Counted from the stretch's first letter, positions 1 through 9,173 are shown. The stretch: 64,000 nt of DNA from Candidatus Collierbacteria bacterium (GCA_016183365.1 JACPES010000005.1:5895-69894); one strand, 5' to 3'. Numbers and translations are program-made. The notes: generated by a model from the sequence alone, not told the origin.

Positions 1-576
1 ATCCATGGATCAGTGGAAATTGATGATACCGCGGTGACCGAAAACGAACGGCAGTTGCGGGAAAGAGTAAAACGGCTGATGACGGTTTATAAAGACGATG
101 TCTTAATCGAAGAGTTTATCGCCGGTCGGGAGTTGGCAGCGGTAGTATTTGAGGGAATGAAACGCAAGGTTTATGTCGGTGAAAAAGTTTTCAATCAAGA
201 AATAGGCGGGCAGTATAAAATCTCCAGCTTCTCGGCGGTATGGCAAGAAGACGAGTTGGATAAATCAAAATGGACATACAATTACTCCAAGTACGAGCCG
301 AACGAGGCGCTGAAAGAAGATATTAAGAAATGTTACGAAGTATTAAAAATGGAGGACTACGCTAAACTAGACATCCGTCTCGACCAGTCCGGCCGATATT
401 ATTTTATCGATCCCAACGCCAATCCGGCCTTTGGTCCCAAAGAATCCTTCTGCGCTCTCGGGACCATTATGGATTTGTATGGAATTGACTTCACCCAAAT
501 TCTTAAAAGATTGGCAATCAATACTTTAAATGGGAGTTTGATTCAGGCAAATGGCGAAGCGGCGGCAGAAAACTGA
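1..576 (+). CDS. ATP-grasp domain protein, D-Ala-D-Ala-ligase-like C-terminal half (5' partial, continues upstream of window)
   Basis: Frame is open to the window start. Motifs EEFIAGRE and IDPNANPAFGP resemble the C-terminal ATP-grasp fold of Ddl-type ligases. Confidence 0.5.
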   Translation: MHGSVEIDDTAVTENERQLRERVKRLMTVYKDDVLIEEFIAGRELAAVVFEGMKRKVYVGEKVFNQEIGGQYKISSFSAVWQEDELDKSKWTYNYSKYEPNEALKEDIKKCYEVLKMEDYAKLDIRLDQSGRYYFIDPNANPAFGPKESFCALGTIMDLYGIDFTQILKRLAINTLNGSLIQANGEAAAEN

Positions 577-577
577 A

Positions 578-1135
578 TTACTTCATCTCTAACCCCAGCG
601 CCGGATGCTTTTCCCGTAGAATGGTTTTCAAAATTTTTTTAGCCCTGTATATCTTGCCCTCAACTGCTCTTTCGCTTGATCCTGTCAATTTAGATATTTC
701 TTTAATCGTCATTTCCCGCCAGTAGCGGAATTGCAACAATTTTCTTTTTTCATCCGGCAATAAATCCAAACATTCTCTCATTGCCGCCCGCAATTCAGAT
801 AGAGCCGCCCGCTCGTACGGATCAAGTTGATTGGTATCGGCCTGGGCAATGTCCTCCAAAACCGGCAGGACCCAGCGGGAATTATCGTTGACTTGATCGC
901 GGTAATAATCGGCAATTTTGTTGAGGCCAATCCGGCAAATCCAGGTAAAATAACTTGATTTATGGCGGAAACTATGCCAGCTCTCCCATGCGGCTGAAAT
1001 CGTCCTGGCGAACACTTCTTCTGCCGCGGCCTGATCCCCGCCCATCCGCTTGACGAGGAATTTCAACAGCGGCAAGGCCAGACGGCGATAGACTATCTCG
1101 AAAGATTCGTGGCGGAAAAGTCGTAACGGCATCAA
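578..1135 (-). CDS. RNA polymerase sigma-70 family ECF sigma factor
   Basis: Region 2 like FTWICRIGLNKIADYYR and region 4 like LLPDEKRKLLQFRYWREMTIKEISKLTGSSERAVEGKIYRAKKIL. Confidence 0.8.
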   Translation of the reverse strand: MMPLRLFRHESFEIVYRRLALPLLKFLVKRMGGDQAAAEEVFARTISAAWESWHSFRHKSSYFTWICRIGLNKIADYYRDQVNDNSRWVLPVLEDIAQADTNQLDPYERAALSELRAAMRECLDLLPDEKRKLLQFRYWREMTIKEISKLTGSSERAVEGKIYRAKKILKTILREKHPALGLEMK

Positions 1136-1173
1136 TCATTTGAGTATATCACTGCAGTTTAAGAAAACTACTA

Positions 1174-1191
1174 CAATTATTTAAATAATTG
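1174..1191. promoter_or_regulatory. 18-bp perfect AT palindrome CAATTATTTAAATAATTG, upstream of the ECF sigma gene
   Basis: The identical palindrome recurs at 54436-54453 upstream of sufS. Confidence 0.5.
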
Positions 1192-1335
1192 AAGTGAAGC
1201 TCCACGGCTTCACAGCCATGGCTTCTTCCGATACGGGGTTGTATGGAGCGCAACCCCGCATCGTCCCGCTTAGCGGGACCGGTGCGTGGGTAAAAACCGT
1301 GTGGTTGTTGACTTACTGACGACTAATAGTACAAG

Positions 1336-1614
1336 ATGGCAATTGCTAATCCAGAGTGGTGGAAGAGGGCGGCGATTCCGGCACGACCGGAAATTTCTAT
1401 TTCAGATAGGTTGAAACAGGCGGTGGAATTAATGGCGGCAAATATCGGTCAGGCAATTGGCCGATTAGCCAATCCGCCCTACCCGACTTCCGACGGGAAG
1501 CCACTAAAAGTAGTTTTCTATGATGGACCAAACAGTCCCCAACCATTCATGCCGGAGCAAATAAAACAGCTGGCCGCGATTACCGAAATGTTTTCGGGAA
1601 AGAATCTGAAGTAG
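1336..1614 (+). CDS. hypothetical protein
   Basis: 92-aa ORF with no recognisable motif; its stop overlaps the 3' end of the tRNA. Confidence 0.35.
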   Translation: MAIANPEWWKRAAIPARPEISISDRLKQAVELMAANIGQAIGRLANPPYPTSDGKPLKVVFYDGPNSPQPFMPEQIKQLAAITEMFSGKNLK

Positions 1615-1685
1615 CGGCGGGTGGATTCGAACCACCAACAGACACGCCTTATGAAAGCGCCGCTCTGCCATTGAGCTACGCCGCC
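1612..1685 (-). tRNA. tRNA with CAT anticodon (Met or lysidine-Ile2)
   Basis: Reverse complement reads GGCGGCG-TA-GCTC-AATGGCA-GAGC-G-GCGCT-TTCATAA-GGCGT...GGTGG-TTCGAAT-CCACC-CGCCGCT. It has a cloverleaf with a T-loop GTTCGAATC and a 7-nt anticodon loop U-U-CAU-A-A. Confidence 0.8.
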
Positions 1686-2373
1686 TTTAATTATTTTACA
1701 CCAAATCCTTGTTTTAACCCTTTTATCCAGCCACGCATTTTTCTTAGTCGATCAAGGCTCTTACTAATGTGAATTCTGATTACTCCATAATATTCATTTC
1801 TATTTGAATATTGCTTTTTCCACTGACTGTTCTGAAAAAATGGCTTGGTAAACTGGTTATAAGGCATATCCAAATAGTTAGACCAAAACTCTTCAATTGT
1901 TTTAATTCTATCTTTGTGCGAAATATTCGCAGTAACTCTGAACCTCAAATCTCCAATTGTAATGCCTAAATATTGTTTTAACCAATTCAGTCTTTCGTTA
2001 ACTCATGATATAATAATTTTGTTCTTTAACGTGCGGGTGGGAGGTAAGTATCTCGTGAGGCTTAATTATATGGGTCTCAATAAACTTGGCTATATGCTGG
2101 AAGTCCCGACCCAAAGTCGGGATAATCAGCAGGAAAGATCCCGATTGAATCGGGGAATCCTCAGAGACTACACGCCGAGTCCCGATTTAATCGGGGAAGA
2201 TATAGTCCGACACTCTTAAGTAATGGGAGACAACAATGTGCATAATCTCACTTAATCGGGGAGCGTAACCCCGGACCCGCAACCAGATTTCGCCGGTGAA
2301 TCTTCTTACTGATTTCTTTTTAACGTCTTGAAGGATACAAGGACATGAAGGATATAAAGAGTATAATGCCCCC

Positions 2374-2961
2374 ATGAACATATACAAAGAACTCTTCAGA
2401 AAAGCCCAGGCAATCCGGTCATTGTTTCTTTTCGAAGTAGCGTTTACTCACGATGAGTGGGGCGGAATAATAATGGACGATGGCCAGATTTGGGCTGATG
2501 TTGACCGATTATCGGCTCACTTCAATGGAGATGCCAAAGTTTTCCTTCAGCTGACTGCTCAAGTTCTCGAGGCGGCGGCGGCGGACGCTGGTTTTGGGAA
2601 ATTACGAGTCATTGCTGGAGATTTCGGCAAAATCACCGGCCAAATCACCATCTCAATCCGCGGAGATTTTCCGGCGGTCCCGAGAAAGAATATCCCACCA
2701 GATCAAACGGAACGAATAATGAACCGGAGATCCGGCGTGGACGTAACATTAAGTAATGAAAAGCTCTTCTTAACGCCTTGTGTTGGATGGTTGGATTTGG
2801 GTCAATCCGAACGAACGGAAACGACTTTCCCCATAGGACATGACCCTGATAAATACTTAAGAGAACTGTCAGATGGCCTTGATGAACTTACAAGGTTAGA
2901 TGTCGCCGCCGGGCTTCTTTCCCTGGTTAAAAGCAAAGTTGAAAGAGTCGTTAATTCTTAA
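2374..2961 (+). CDS. hypothetical protein
   Basis: 195-aa ORF with plausible coding composition and no recognisable motif. Confidence 0.4.
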   Translation: MNIYKELFRKAQAIRSLFLFEVAFTHDEWGGIIMDDGQIWADVDRLSAHFNGDAKVFLQLTAQVLEAAAADAGFGKLRVIAGDFGKITGQITISIRGDFPAVPRKNIPPDQTERIMNRRSGVDVTLSNEKLFLTPCVGWLDLGQSERTETTFPIGHDPDKYLRELSDGLDELTRLDVAAGLLSLVKSKVERVVNS

Positions 2962-3341
2962 AACCGAAATCGAATCAATCGTACCCACTTCTGCCAAATT
3001 GACAGTTCTGTTTGTTTATTTTCTTCTTCACTTTGACCTTCACTCTGTTGCTCCGGCAACAAAATGACCGTCTCTCCCTCTTTTTGGAGCAACAGCTTTT
3101 CTCTGGCCATTTTTTCCACGTACTCGTCGGAGCGGTAATATTCCAACTGTTTTTTCAATTCCACTTCTTTAGCCTCTAAATCTTTCACCTCTTTTTGCAT
3201 TTTCCAGACCCGCTGTTTTTGCTGCCATAACTCTAAAATATTCCTGGAAGAACCATAAATGATAAATAGGCCAATGACAATAATGAACAGTTGGTAAAGA
3301 CGCCGCTTCATAATATTGATAATATACCCTTTTGCTTTCAA
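2958..3341 (-). CDS. septum formation initiator family protein (FtsB/DivIC-like)
   Basis: N-terminal TM (LYQLFIIVIGLFIIY) followed by a coiled-coil and a K/E-rich region. The true start may be the internal Met near 3311. Confidence 0.55.
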   Translation of the reverse strand: MKAKGYIINIMKRRLYQLFIIVIGLFIIYGSSRNILELWQQKQRVWKMQKEVKDLEAKEVELKKQLEYYRSDEYVEKMAREKLLLQKEGETVILLPEQQSEGQSEEENKQTELSIWQKWVRLIRFRF

Positions 3342-3497
3342 AATACAAAGGTATAATGCCTAACGAAGCTTTGATTGTATTATGTAATCGACTACTATAT
3401 AAATATAGTTGCCAATTTTGAAAGCTACGGCCGTGCGCCGCCAAAGCCTTGGGCGACGGGGCGTAGGCATATACCAAGATTACAAAATTAAAGCGGA

Positions 3498-4220
3498 GTG
3501 GCATATCACTGTATGGACAATCAAATGCTTATCAAGCGATATCTTAATTCTCTCCGCCAATCCGGCAAATCCATTCTGACTCTCTCTGCTTATGCCACTG
3601 ACTTGAAGCAATTCTCTACTGTAATTTCTCCAACCCCCCTTACCCTTTTAACCAATCTTAAACTAACAACCAACAACCAACAACTTATTTCCCGCTTCTC
3701 CCCCAACTCCCGAGTCCGCAAGCTTACCACCATCCGCGAATTTTTAAAATGGTGTTTTATCAAAGGCTACTTAAAAAAAGATTTATCAGGGATTATAAAA
3801 CCCGTCCGCCGGATAACTATCTCCCCGGCTAAATCATTATCAACTTCCCAATTTTACCGTCTCCGTTCCAAAGCCGATGTTAAAGAAAGGCTGCTATTAG
3901 AACTAATTATTAACATAAATCTAAAACTATCAGCCATCGTCAAATTAAAAATGAAAGATATTACCCCTCTTTTCCTCCGTTCCTGCGGAGCAGGATCCCG
4001 CTTTGTGGGACAATCCTTGGACTACTATCTGGCCCAATTCCCCCGCGGTCCCAAAAGCTATTTATTGGCCAACAAATTCAACCGGCCGATGTCAGTTAGA
4101 ACCTTAAGCTCTATATTAAAAAATTTATCCCGCCGAGCCGGGGTCAAACACGGTACTTTTAGGAATCTGCGGGCCATATATTTTGCCAGTCAAGAAAGGA
4201 CCCGATCATATAAACGATGA
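3498..4220 (+). CDS. tyrosine recombinase/phage-integrase-family protein, divergent XerC/D-like
   Basis: N-terminal SAM-like motif (IKRYLNSLRQSGKSILTLSAYATDLKQF) and a C-terminal region alignable to the integrase catalytic domain, but the active-site R and the terminal Y-motif are not clearly conserved. Confidence 0.45.
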   Translation: MAYHCMDNQMLIKRYLNSLRQSGKSILTLSAYATDLKQFSTVISPTPLTLLTNLKLTTNNQQLISRFSPNSRVRKLTTIREFLKWCFIKGYLKKDLSGIIKPVRRITISPAKSLSTSQFYRLRSKADVKERLLLELIININLKLSAIVKLKMKDITPLFLRSCGAGSRFVGQSLDYYLAQFPRGPKSYLLANKFNRPMSVRTLSSILKNLSRRAGVKHGTFRNLRAIYFASQERTRSYKR

Positions 4221-5707
4221 ATACTCAATTTAATAAAAAAATTATTGGGATCTGCCTGGTTATTTTTGCCGCCGTAATGATCTCCCCCTGGCTCAATCGG
4301 CCATTTACCGGCCATCACGATTTTACCGGCGCTTTCGACAGTTTGATGGCCAGAAATTATCTGCGCTACGGCCTGATACAAACAAAATTAGGCCAAGTTA
4401 CCAGTCTGGCCGGAGTCCAGCCGGAGAATTTTTCCTATCATACTCATCACCCGCCGGGAGTACCGCTACTAATCGCGGCGGTTTACAAAATATTTGGAGA
4501 ACACGAGTGGGCGGCCAGGGCGGAATTTGCCGCTTTTGGCCTGGGATCTGTGTATTTACTATTTCTGTTGGGGAAGAATTTTAGTGGAAATACCGGTTGG
4601 CAAGCGGCGGTTTTAATGTCCTCAACTATTTTGTTTATTTATGTTTCGGTAATGCCGGTGTATGAGTCGCCGGCATTATTTTTGATGCTGATCCAGTTTT
4701 ATGGATTTTGCCGGTTCACGGAAACCGGGAGAAAACGATATCTGGCGCTAATGACGGCGGGAGCTTTCGGCGGCTATATCATCGCCTGGGTAACATATTT
4801 TGCGGCGCCGATACTTTTGGTTAACGAAATCAGGATCAGGCGATGGAAATATATTCGTCTGCTTCTAACATTCATTGGGGCTGGTGCCGGGTTTTTCGGC
4901 CTGCATTTATGGCATACAAAAATTCTAACCGGATCATGGTTTGGCGGCGGCCTGGGAGCGATATTTTTGCACCGTTTGTCCGCGACCGAAGAAACCGACC
5001 CACGCTACGCATTTAATTTAGTAAGTTATGTCACGACTATCGCCAGGCGAATATTCGATTTTTACGGCTGGCCGATTTTAATTGCGGCCGGATTGGGATC
5101 AGCGGTAATCACTACGGATAAAACCCGCAAGAATGAAAGGTGGCTATGGTATGTCTTGTTGGGAACAGCGCTGTCACTGCCGATAGTGTTTAGAAATTAC
5201 GTATTTGTCCATGATTATTTACTATTTTACTTTTCGCCGATCTTGGGATTAAGCGCCGCGGTGGGAATAAATACTATCTTGGGCCGACTGGTACCGAAAT
5301 TTGACGATGGCCGATGGGTTCCGGCTGTGGTGGCGACCGCGGGTTTAGCCCTGGCCGGGTATTTATCAACCAAAATCGTCTGGCAAGACTTAAGAAGCAG
5401 CCTAGAGTGGTACGAAGCCAGCAAAATAATCGGGGAAAGGTTGCGACGCACTACTAAACCGGGACAGATGATTTTAGTAATGAATACCAAGCTTTATGAC
5501 CAAGAAATGCAGATGCAATATTATGCCGACAGGCCAATACTATTCCCTGTCAATGGGGTCGGATCCAAAGCAACCGGCGGCTTGGATCCGGATATTATCG
5601 TGAATGTAACAAGTGATTACCAATTTCCGGCGGCAGCTTTAGAAAAAATTTTGAATGTTTATCGGCTGGAAACCGACTACGGCATCGAGTATTATTACCG
5701 CCGCTGA
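4217..5707 (+). CDS. membrane glycosyltransferase, PMT/ArnT (GT39/GT83-like, GT-C fold) family
   Basis: About 12 TM helices; N-terminal region PWLNRPFTGHHDFTGAFDSLMARNY...HHPPGVPLLIAAVY is typical of ArnT/PMT-family proteins. Confidence 0.65.
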   Translation: MNTQFNKKIIGICLVIFAAVMISPWLNRPFTGHHDFTGAFDSLMARNYLRYGLIQTKLGQVTSLAGVQPENFSYHTHHPPGVPLLIAAVYKIFGEHEWAARAEFAAFGLGSVYLLFLLGKNFSGNTGWQAAVLMSSTILFIYVSVMPVYESPALFLMLIQFYGFCRFTETGRKRYLALMTAGAFGGYIIAWVTYFAAPILLVNEIRIRRWKYIRLLLTFIGAGAGFFGLHLWHTKILTGSWFGGGLGAIFLHRLSATEETDPRYAFNLVSYVTTIARRIFDFYGWPILIAAGLGSAVITTDKTRKNERWLWYVLLGTALSLPIVFRNYVFVHDYLLFYFSPILGLSAAVGINTILGRLVPKFDDGRWVPAVVATAGLALAGYLSTKIVWQDLRSSLEWYEASKIIGERLRRTTKPGQMILVMNTKLYDQEMQMQYYADRPILFPVNGVGSKATGGLDPDIIVNVTSDYQFPAAALEKILNVYRLETDYGIEYYYRR

Positions 5708-5751
5708 ATTACTAGTCGCGATTAATCCTCGGGGAAAGTGTGATTCTTTGT

Positions 5752-5822
5752 GGGCCCGGTAGGATTCGAACCTACGACGTTCGAGGTATAAGCTCGACGC
5801 TCTGCCGCTGAGCTACGGGCCC
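5752..5822 (-). tRNA. tRNA-Ile with UAU anticodon
   Basis: Reverse complement reads GGGCCCG-TA-GCTC-AGCGGCA-GAGC-G-TCGAG-CTTATAC-CTCGA-ACGTC-GTAGG-TTCGAAT-CCTAC-CGGGCCC-A. It is a perfect cloverleaf with anticodon loop C-U-UAU-A-C. Confidence 0.8.
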
Positions 5823-6278
5823 GCTTGTTATTTTACTACGATGCTCCCCTCCTGTCTTTCTTTTCCCTCTATTCCTTCTAATCCCTCTGTATTATTATTG
5901 GTTCGTGTCTTTCGGCTATAAATCTCTACTAAGTTACCAATTGGCAAAAATTGCGTTTGGTTTGGGATGGGAGTTTGTGCCGCTATATTTCGTCGGTTCG
6001 GAGTTTGGTAGGCAACGAGACCAAATTTATCAAGATCTCCGGTCGCATAAACAGAATATCGTGGAAGGATCAGCTGAAAGAAGTCTGTCCAGCAAGTTAA
6101 AACTCTATGACGTCTCTAGATCTTCAGGGCAGGAAGGGCTGGAAGATTTTGAAGATATTTTGCAGTTTGAAAACTTGCCGCGATGGGACAAAAATGATCA
6201 GCGACTAATCAAGCTCCGAAGCATAATTGAAGGTTATTCCCCGTCCCATCCTTCCGGTCCTTCTTTTCCTTCTTCTCC

Positions 6279-8612
6279 CTACAGCTTCGCCCTCTTGATA
6301 ATCTCCGCCTCGACTTCTTCCCTGTCCCGGCCGAATTTTAGACGCGATAGTTGGACAATCGATTTGGATAATTCTTCATTGGCGTATTTCATTTCGGAAG
6401 TTAAATCTCGGGTCAAATCCATCGAAAATGGGGTCTGGGGTTCATTATTAACCACGGTTTTGATAAACACGTGGAACCTTTCAACATTGACCAAATCGGC
6501 TTCGGAAAAAGTCGGCGAGAATTCATGCTGCAGAAAATTAGCATCAGATACCCCAACTCGAAAAGAAATCATTGTGCCGACGTTCCCGAAAACCGCGTTT
6601 TTAACCTCATCGTCAATTTGGCCGATAAACTGGTTGGCGACGGTCAGATTCAACCGATATTTCCGGGCCTCGGACAGAATCTGGGCGAAATCTTGGGTGG
6701 CGAAGTTTTGGAACTCGTCGACGTAGAGGTAGAAATCTTTTCTCTGGTCCATTGGCATATCTTGGCGGGACATGGCAGCCATTAAAATCCGCGGCACCAA
6801 CAGTAGCCCCAAAAACGAACTATTCTCTTCGCCGATCCGCCCCTTGGCGAGATTAATCAATAAAATTTTTCCCTCATCCATTATTTTGCGGAAATTAAAG
6901 CCTGACTGCGACTGACCGATGATATTCCGCATCATCTTGTCGGTCACGAAGCGGCCGAATTTAGACACGATGTAATCTAAAACTTCGGATTTATGGAAAT
7001 CGGAAGTTTGGGCAATCTGGTCAGTCCAATATCGCCGGACCATGGCATCCTGAACTTTGGGCAGCATTTCCTGAACGAATTTAGCGTCGGTCAAAATCCT
7101 GACTATTTCAATAAAAGTATTTCCCGGCTCGCTCATCACCGTCAACATCGCATTCCGGATAGCGTGTTCAAACCGCGGCCCGATAATTCCGGTTTTATGC
7201 GGATCGTAAAGCTTATACATCAAGTTAATAATGGCCGAAGCCACAAAATGTTTTTGCTCTTCGGTATTGGCCTCCAGCATATTCATCCCCAAAGGTCTTT
7301 CGGTGTCGTAAGGGTCGAAATATACCACGTCCTCCGCCCGCTCCGGCGGAATAAATTTTAAGATATCTTCGACCGCGTCGCCGTGGGGGTCAATGAAACA
7401 CAAACCCTTGCCGGCCCGGATATCCTGAAGCGCCATATCTTTTAGGAGTTCGGACTTGCCGACGCCGGTTTTCCCGATGATATACATATGCCGGCGGCGG
7501 TCGTCTTCCGACAGATAAACTTTTTTGGTTAAACCGCGGTATTTCGAAACTCCCAAAAACAAACCGCTGTCGGGAATTTCCGCCGGGGCCGGGGCCCGCT
7601 TGGTTTTTAACCAATGGACGTGAGGGGTTTCAATCGTCTTATTAGGGAAATGATAAATAGTCGCCAACTCTTCGGAGTTTAATAAAAACCGGCCGCGCCA
7701 AATCGGCATATATTTATAGATAAAATCAATCATAAATAATTTTCCGACCAGGATTTTGGAAGTATCAAAACCGGAATGTTCAGATCTGAATTGAGAAAAA
7801 GTCCCCACAATATTATTTATATGCTGTTTAGCCTTGGCCATTGCCGGGGCCACCACCACTATCCGGATGGAAGTTTCAAATCCGGCTTTAGAAGTTTTAT
7901 TGCCTATAGCCTCAAAAGTCTTGGCGTCAGCCGAAAATTTAGCTTCTTTGGGATCGGCTTCCCTTTTTTTGGTTTTGGAGATATAACTTCCGCCTTCAGT
8001 TTGCCAATCGCCGCTAGCCGGTTCGATTAAAACTTGAATCATGGCCGCTTCGCCAGCCTCCATTTTGGCCAAAACCGAGGTAATCGAACTCAAGGGATCG
8101 GTCGAAAGTTCCCGGTAAACTTTTATCGGCTCATATTTAGCTCCGGTGGTTTTTAAAGCCGCAAAAGCCACTTTTCCGCCCTTGCTGAAAATATTCGGTT
8201 CCGGCACTTCCACAATATCCCCGCCGGGCCATGCTCCATTAATTTGTTTTTCCACCAGATCCAATAATTTTCTGGGGCAAGACACGTAAAACCTGATGTC
8301 TTCTTTCTGGGCCACGATTTCAAACGAGAGATGGTCCTGGCGGACTAACCGGTCAAAAATCCACCAACCTTTGCGGCGGATGCTGGCCAACGCGGAAAAC
8401 ACCTGTTCCATGGCGTCAATTTTGACTTCGTTGTCATGCGGAACGGAAACCATAAGCGTCACGAATTCCAATGATTCCTGCTCCCTATCTTTATGCTTCC
8501 ACCATTGGATGCTTAAATAAAAGGCAATCGCCAAAGCTAGCAATCCCAAAGCCACCAACCCCAAAACCGCGGTCCAGAATTCGAGAAGAATGACGATGTT
8601 ACCGAAGGGCAT
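6279..8612 (-). CDS. VirD4/TraG/TraD-family type IV coupling protein-like ATPase
   Basis: N-terminal TM, Walker A IIGKTGVGKSELL, Walker B LYVDEFQNF. Overall architecture matches the T4SS DNA-transfer coupling protein family. Confidence 0.6.
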   Translation of the reverse strand: MPFGNIVILLEFWTAVLGLVALGLLALAIAFYLSIQWWKHKDREQESLEFVTLMVSVPHDNEVKIDAMEQVFSALASIRRKGWWIFDRLVRQDHLSFEIVAQKEDIRFYVSCPRKLLDLVEKQINGAWPGGDIVEVPEPNIFSKGGKVAFAALKTTGAKYEPIKVYRELSTDPLSSITSVLAKMEAGEAAMIQVLIEPASGDWQTEGGSYISKTKKREADPKEAKFSADAKTFEAIGNKTSKAGFETSIRIVVVAPAMAKAKQHINNIVGTFSQFRSEHSGFDTSKILVGKLFMIDFIYKYMPIWRGRFLLNSEELATIYHFPNKTIETPHVHWLKTKRAPAPAEIPDSGLFLGVSKYRGLTKKVYLSEDDRRRHMYIIGKTGVGKSELLKDMALQDIRAGKGLCFIDPHGDAVEDILKFIPPERAEDVVYFDPYDTERPLGMNMLEANTEEQKHFVASAIINLMYKLYDPHKTGIIGPRFEHAIRNAMLTVMSEPGNTFIEIVRILTDAKFVQEMLPKVQDAMVRRYWTDQIAQTSDFHKSEVLDYIVSKFGRFVTDKMMRNIIGQSQSGFNFRKIMDEGKILLINLAKGRIGEENSSFLGLLLVPRILMAAMSRQDMPMDQRKDFYLYVDEFQNFATQDFAQILSEARKYRLNLTVANQFIGQIDDEVKNAVFGNVGTMISFRVGVSDANFLQHEFSPTFSEADLVNVERFHVFIKTVVNNEPQTPFSMDLTRDLTSEMKYANEELSKSIVQLSRLKFGRDREEVEAEIIKRAKL

Positions 8613-8639
8613 GAGAATAGTGTACTACAAATATAGATG

Positions 8640-8756
8640 TCTTGAAGATAGAAATTGGATATTCTTGATTTTGAAATCTTGATGGCTCGATATCTTGAAT
8701 CAAGAATTCAAGTTAATCAAGTTCAAGAACATCAAGAATATCCATCTTCAAGAAAT
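8640..8756. promoter_or_regulatory. array of TCAAGAA/TTCTTGA iteron-like repeats upstream of the VirD4-like gene
   Basis: At least seven copies of TCAAGA(A) in both orientations, including the palindrome TCTTGAATCAAGA and a GAATTC core. Confidence 0.5.
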
Positions 8757-9173
8757 CTATTGCCTATAAAGAGTTCTTCCTGGCGCCATCAATATTACCC
8801 TTCTCACCCATTCATACAGCCATCGCCAAGCCGCAGATGTCGGTTGTTTAGCCCCCTGCTGAAAATCTGACTGTGTCACCGGCAAGACAATATTTGGCTG
8901 CTGCGGGGTGAAAGGGGAAATCGTGACATTTTCGCCTTTATGTTTTCCGACTTCTATCGGCCCCGGCAGTTGGATTTCACCCCGGACGACTTTTTCGACG
9001 TGCTCGGCCAATTCCGGGCTGATTTCCGGAGATTCCGGAATGACCTCTATGTCCGCTTTTTGTTCAACAGCAGGTTCAGTTCCGGGGTTAATTTCCGGAT
9101 GGCCAGAGGAAACCGAAGATTGAGGTGAAAGTTTAGTTTGTTGATCTGCCAAAGAAGACTGAATAAGATCCAT
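8757..9173 (-). CDS. hypothetical protein (Pro/Glu/Ser-rich)
   Basis: 138-aa ORF immediately upstream of the VirD4-like gene on the same strand; no recognisable motif. Confidence 0.3.
   Translation of the reverse strand: MDLIQSSLADQQTKLSPQSSVSSGHPEINPGTEPAVEQKADIEVIPESPEISPELAEHVEKVVRGEIQLPGPIEVGKHKGENVTISPFTPQQPNIVLPVTQSDFQQGAKQPTSAAWRWLYEWVRRVILMAPGRTLYRQ

Noticed and set aside
2030-2300. Possible RNase P RNA, SRP RNA or tmRNA
   Set aside because: I looked for GGAAAGUCCGGGC (RNase P), AGGUCAGGUCCGGAAGGAAGCAGC (SRP) and tRNA-like tmRNA ends. None matches. The region is better explained as a cluster of small hairpin repeats.
5905-6726. A 273-aa plus-strand ORF
   Set aside because: Its 3' 450 nt lie antisense inside the well-supported VirD4-like gene. 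The non-overlapping 5' part (5905-6278) falls in an unusually long (~450 nt) non-coding gap between the tRNA-Ile and the VirD4 stop, and I could not assign it a function. It is more likely a shadow ORF.
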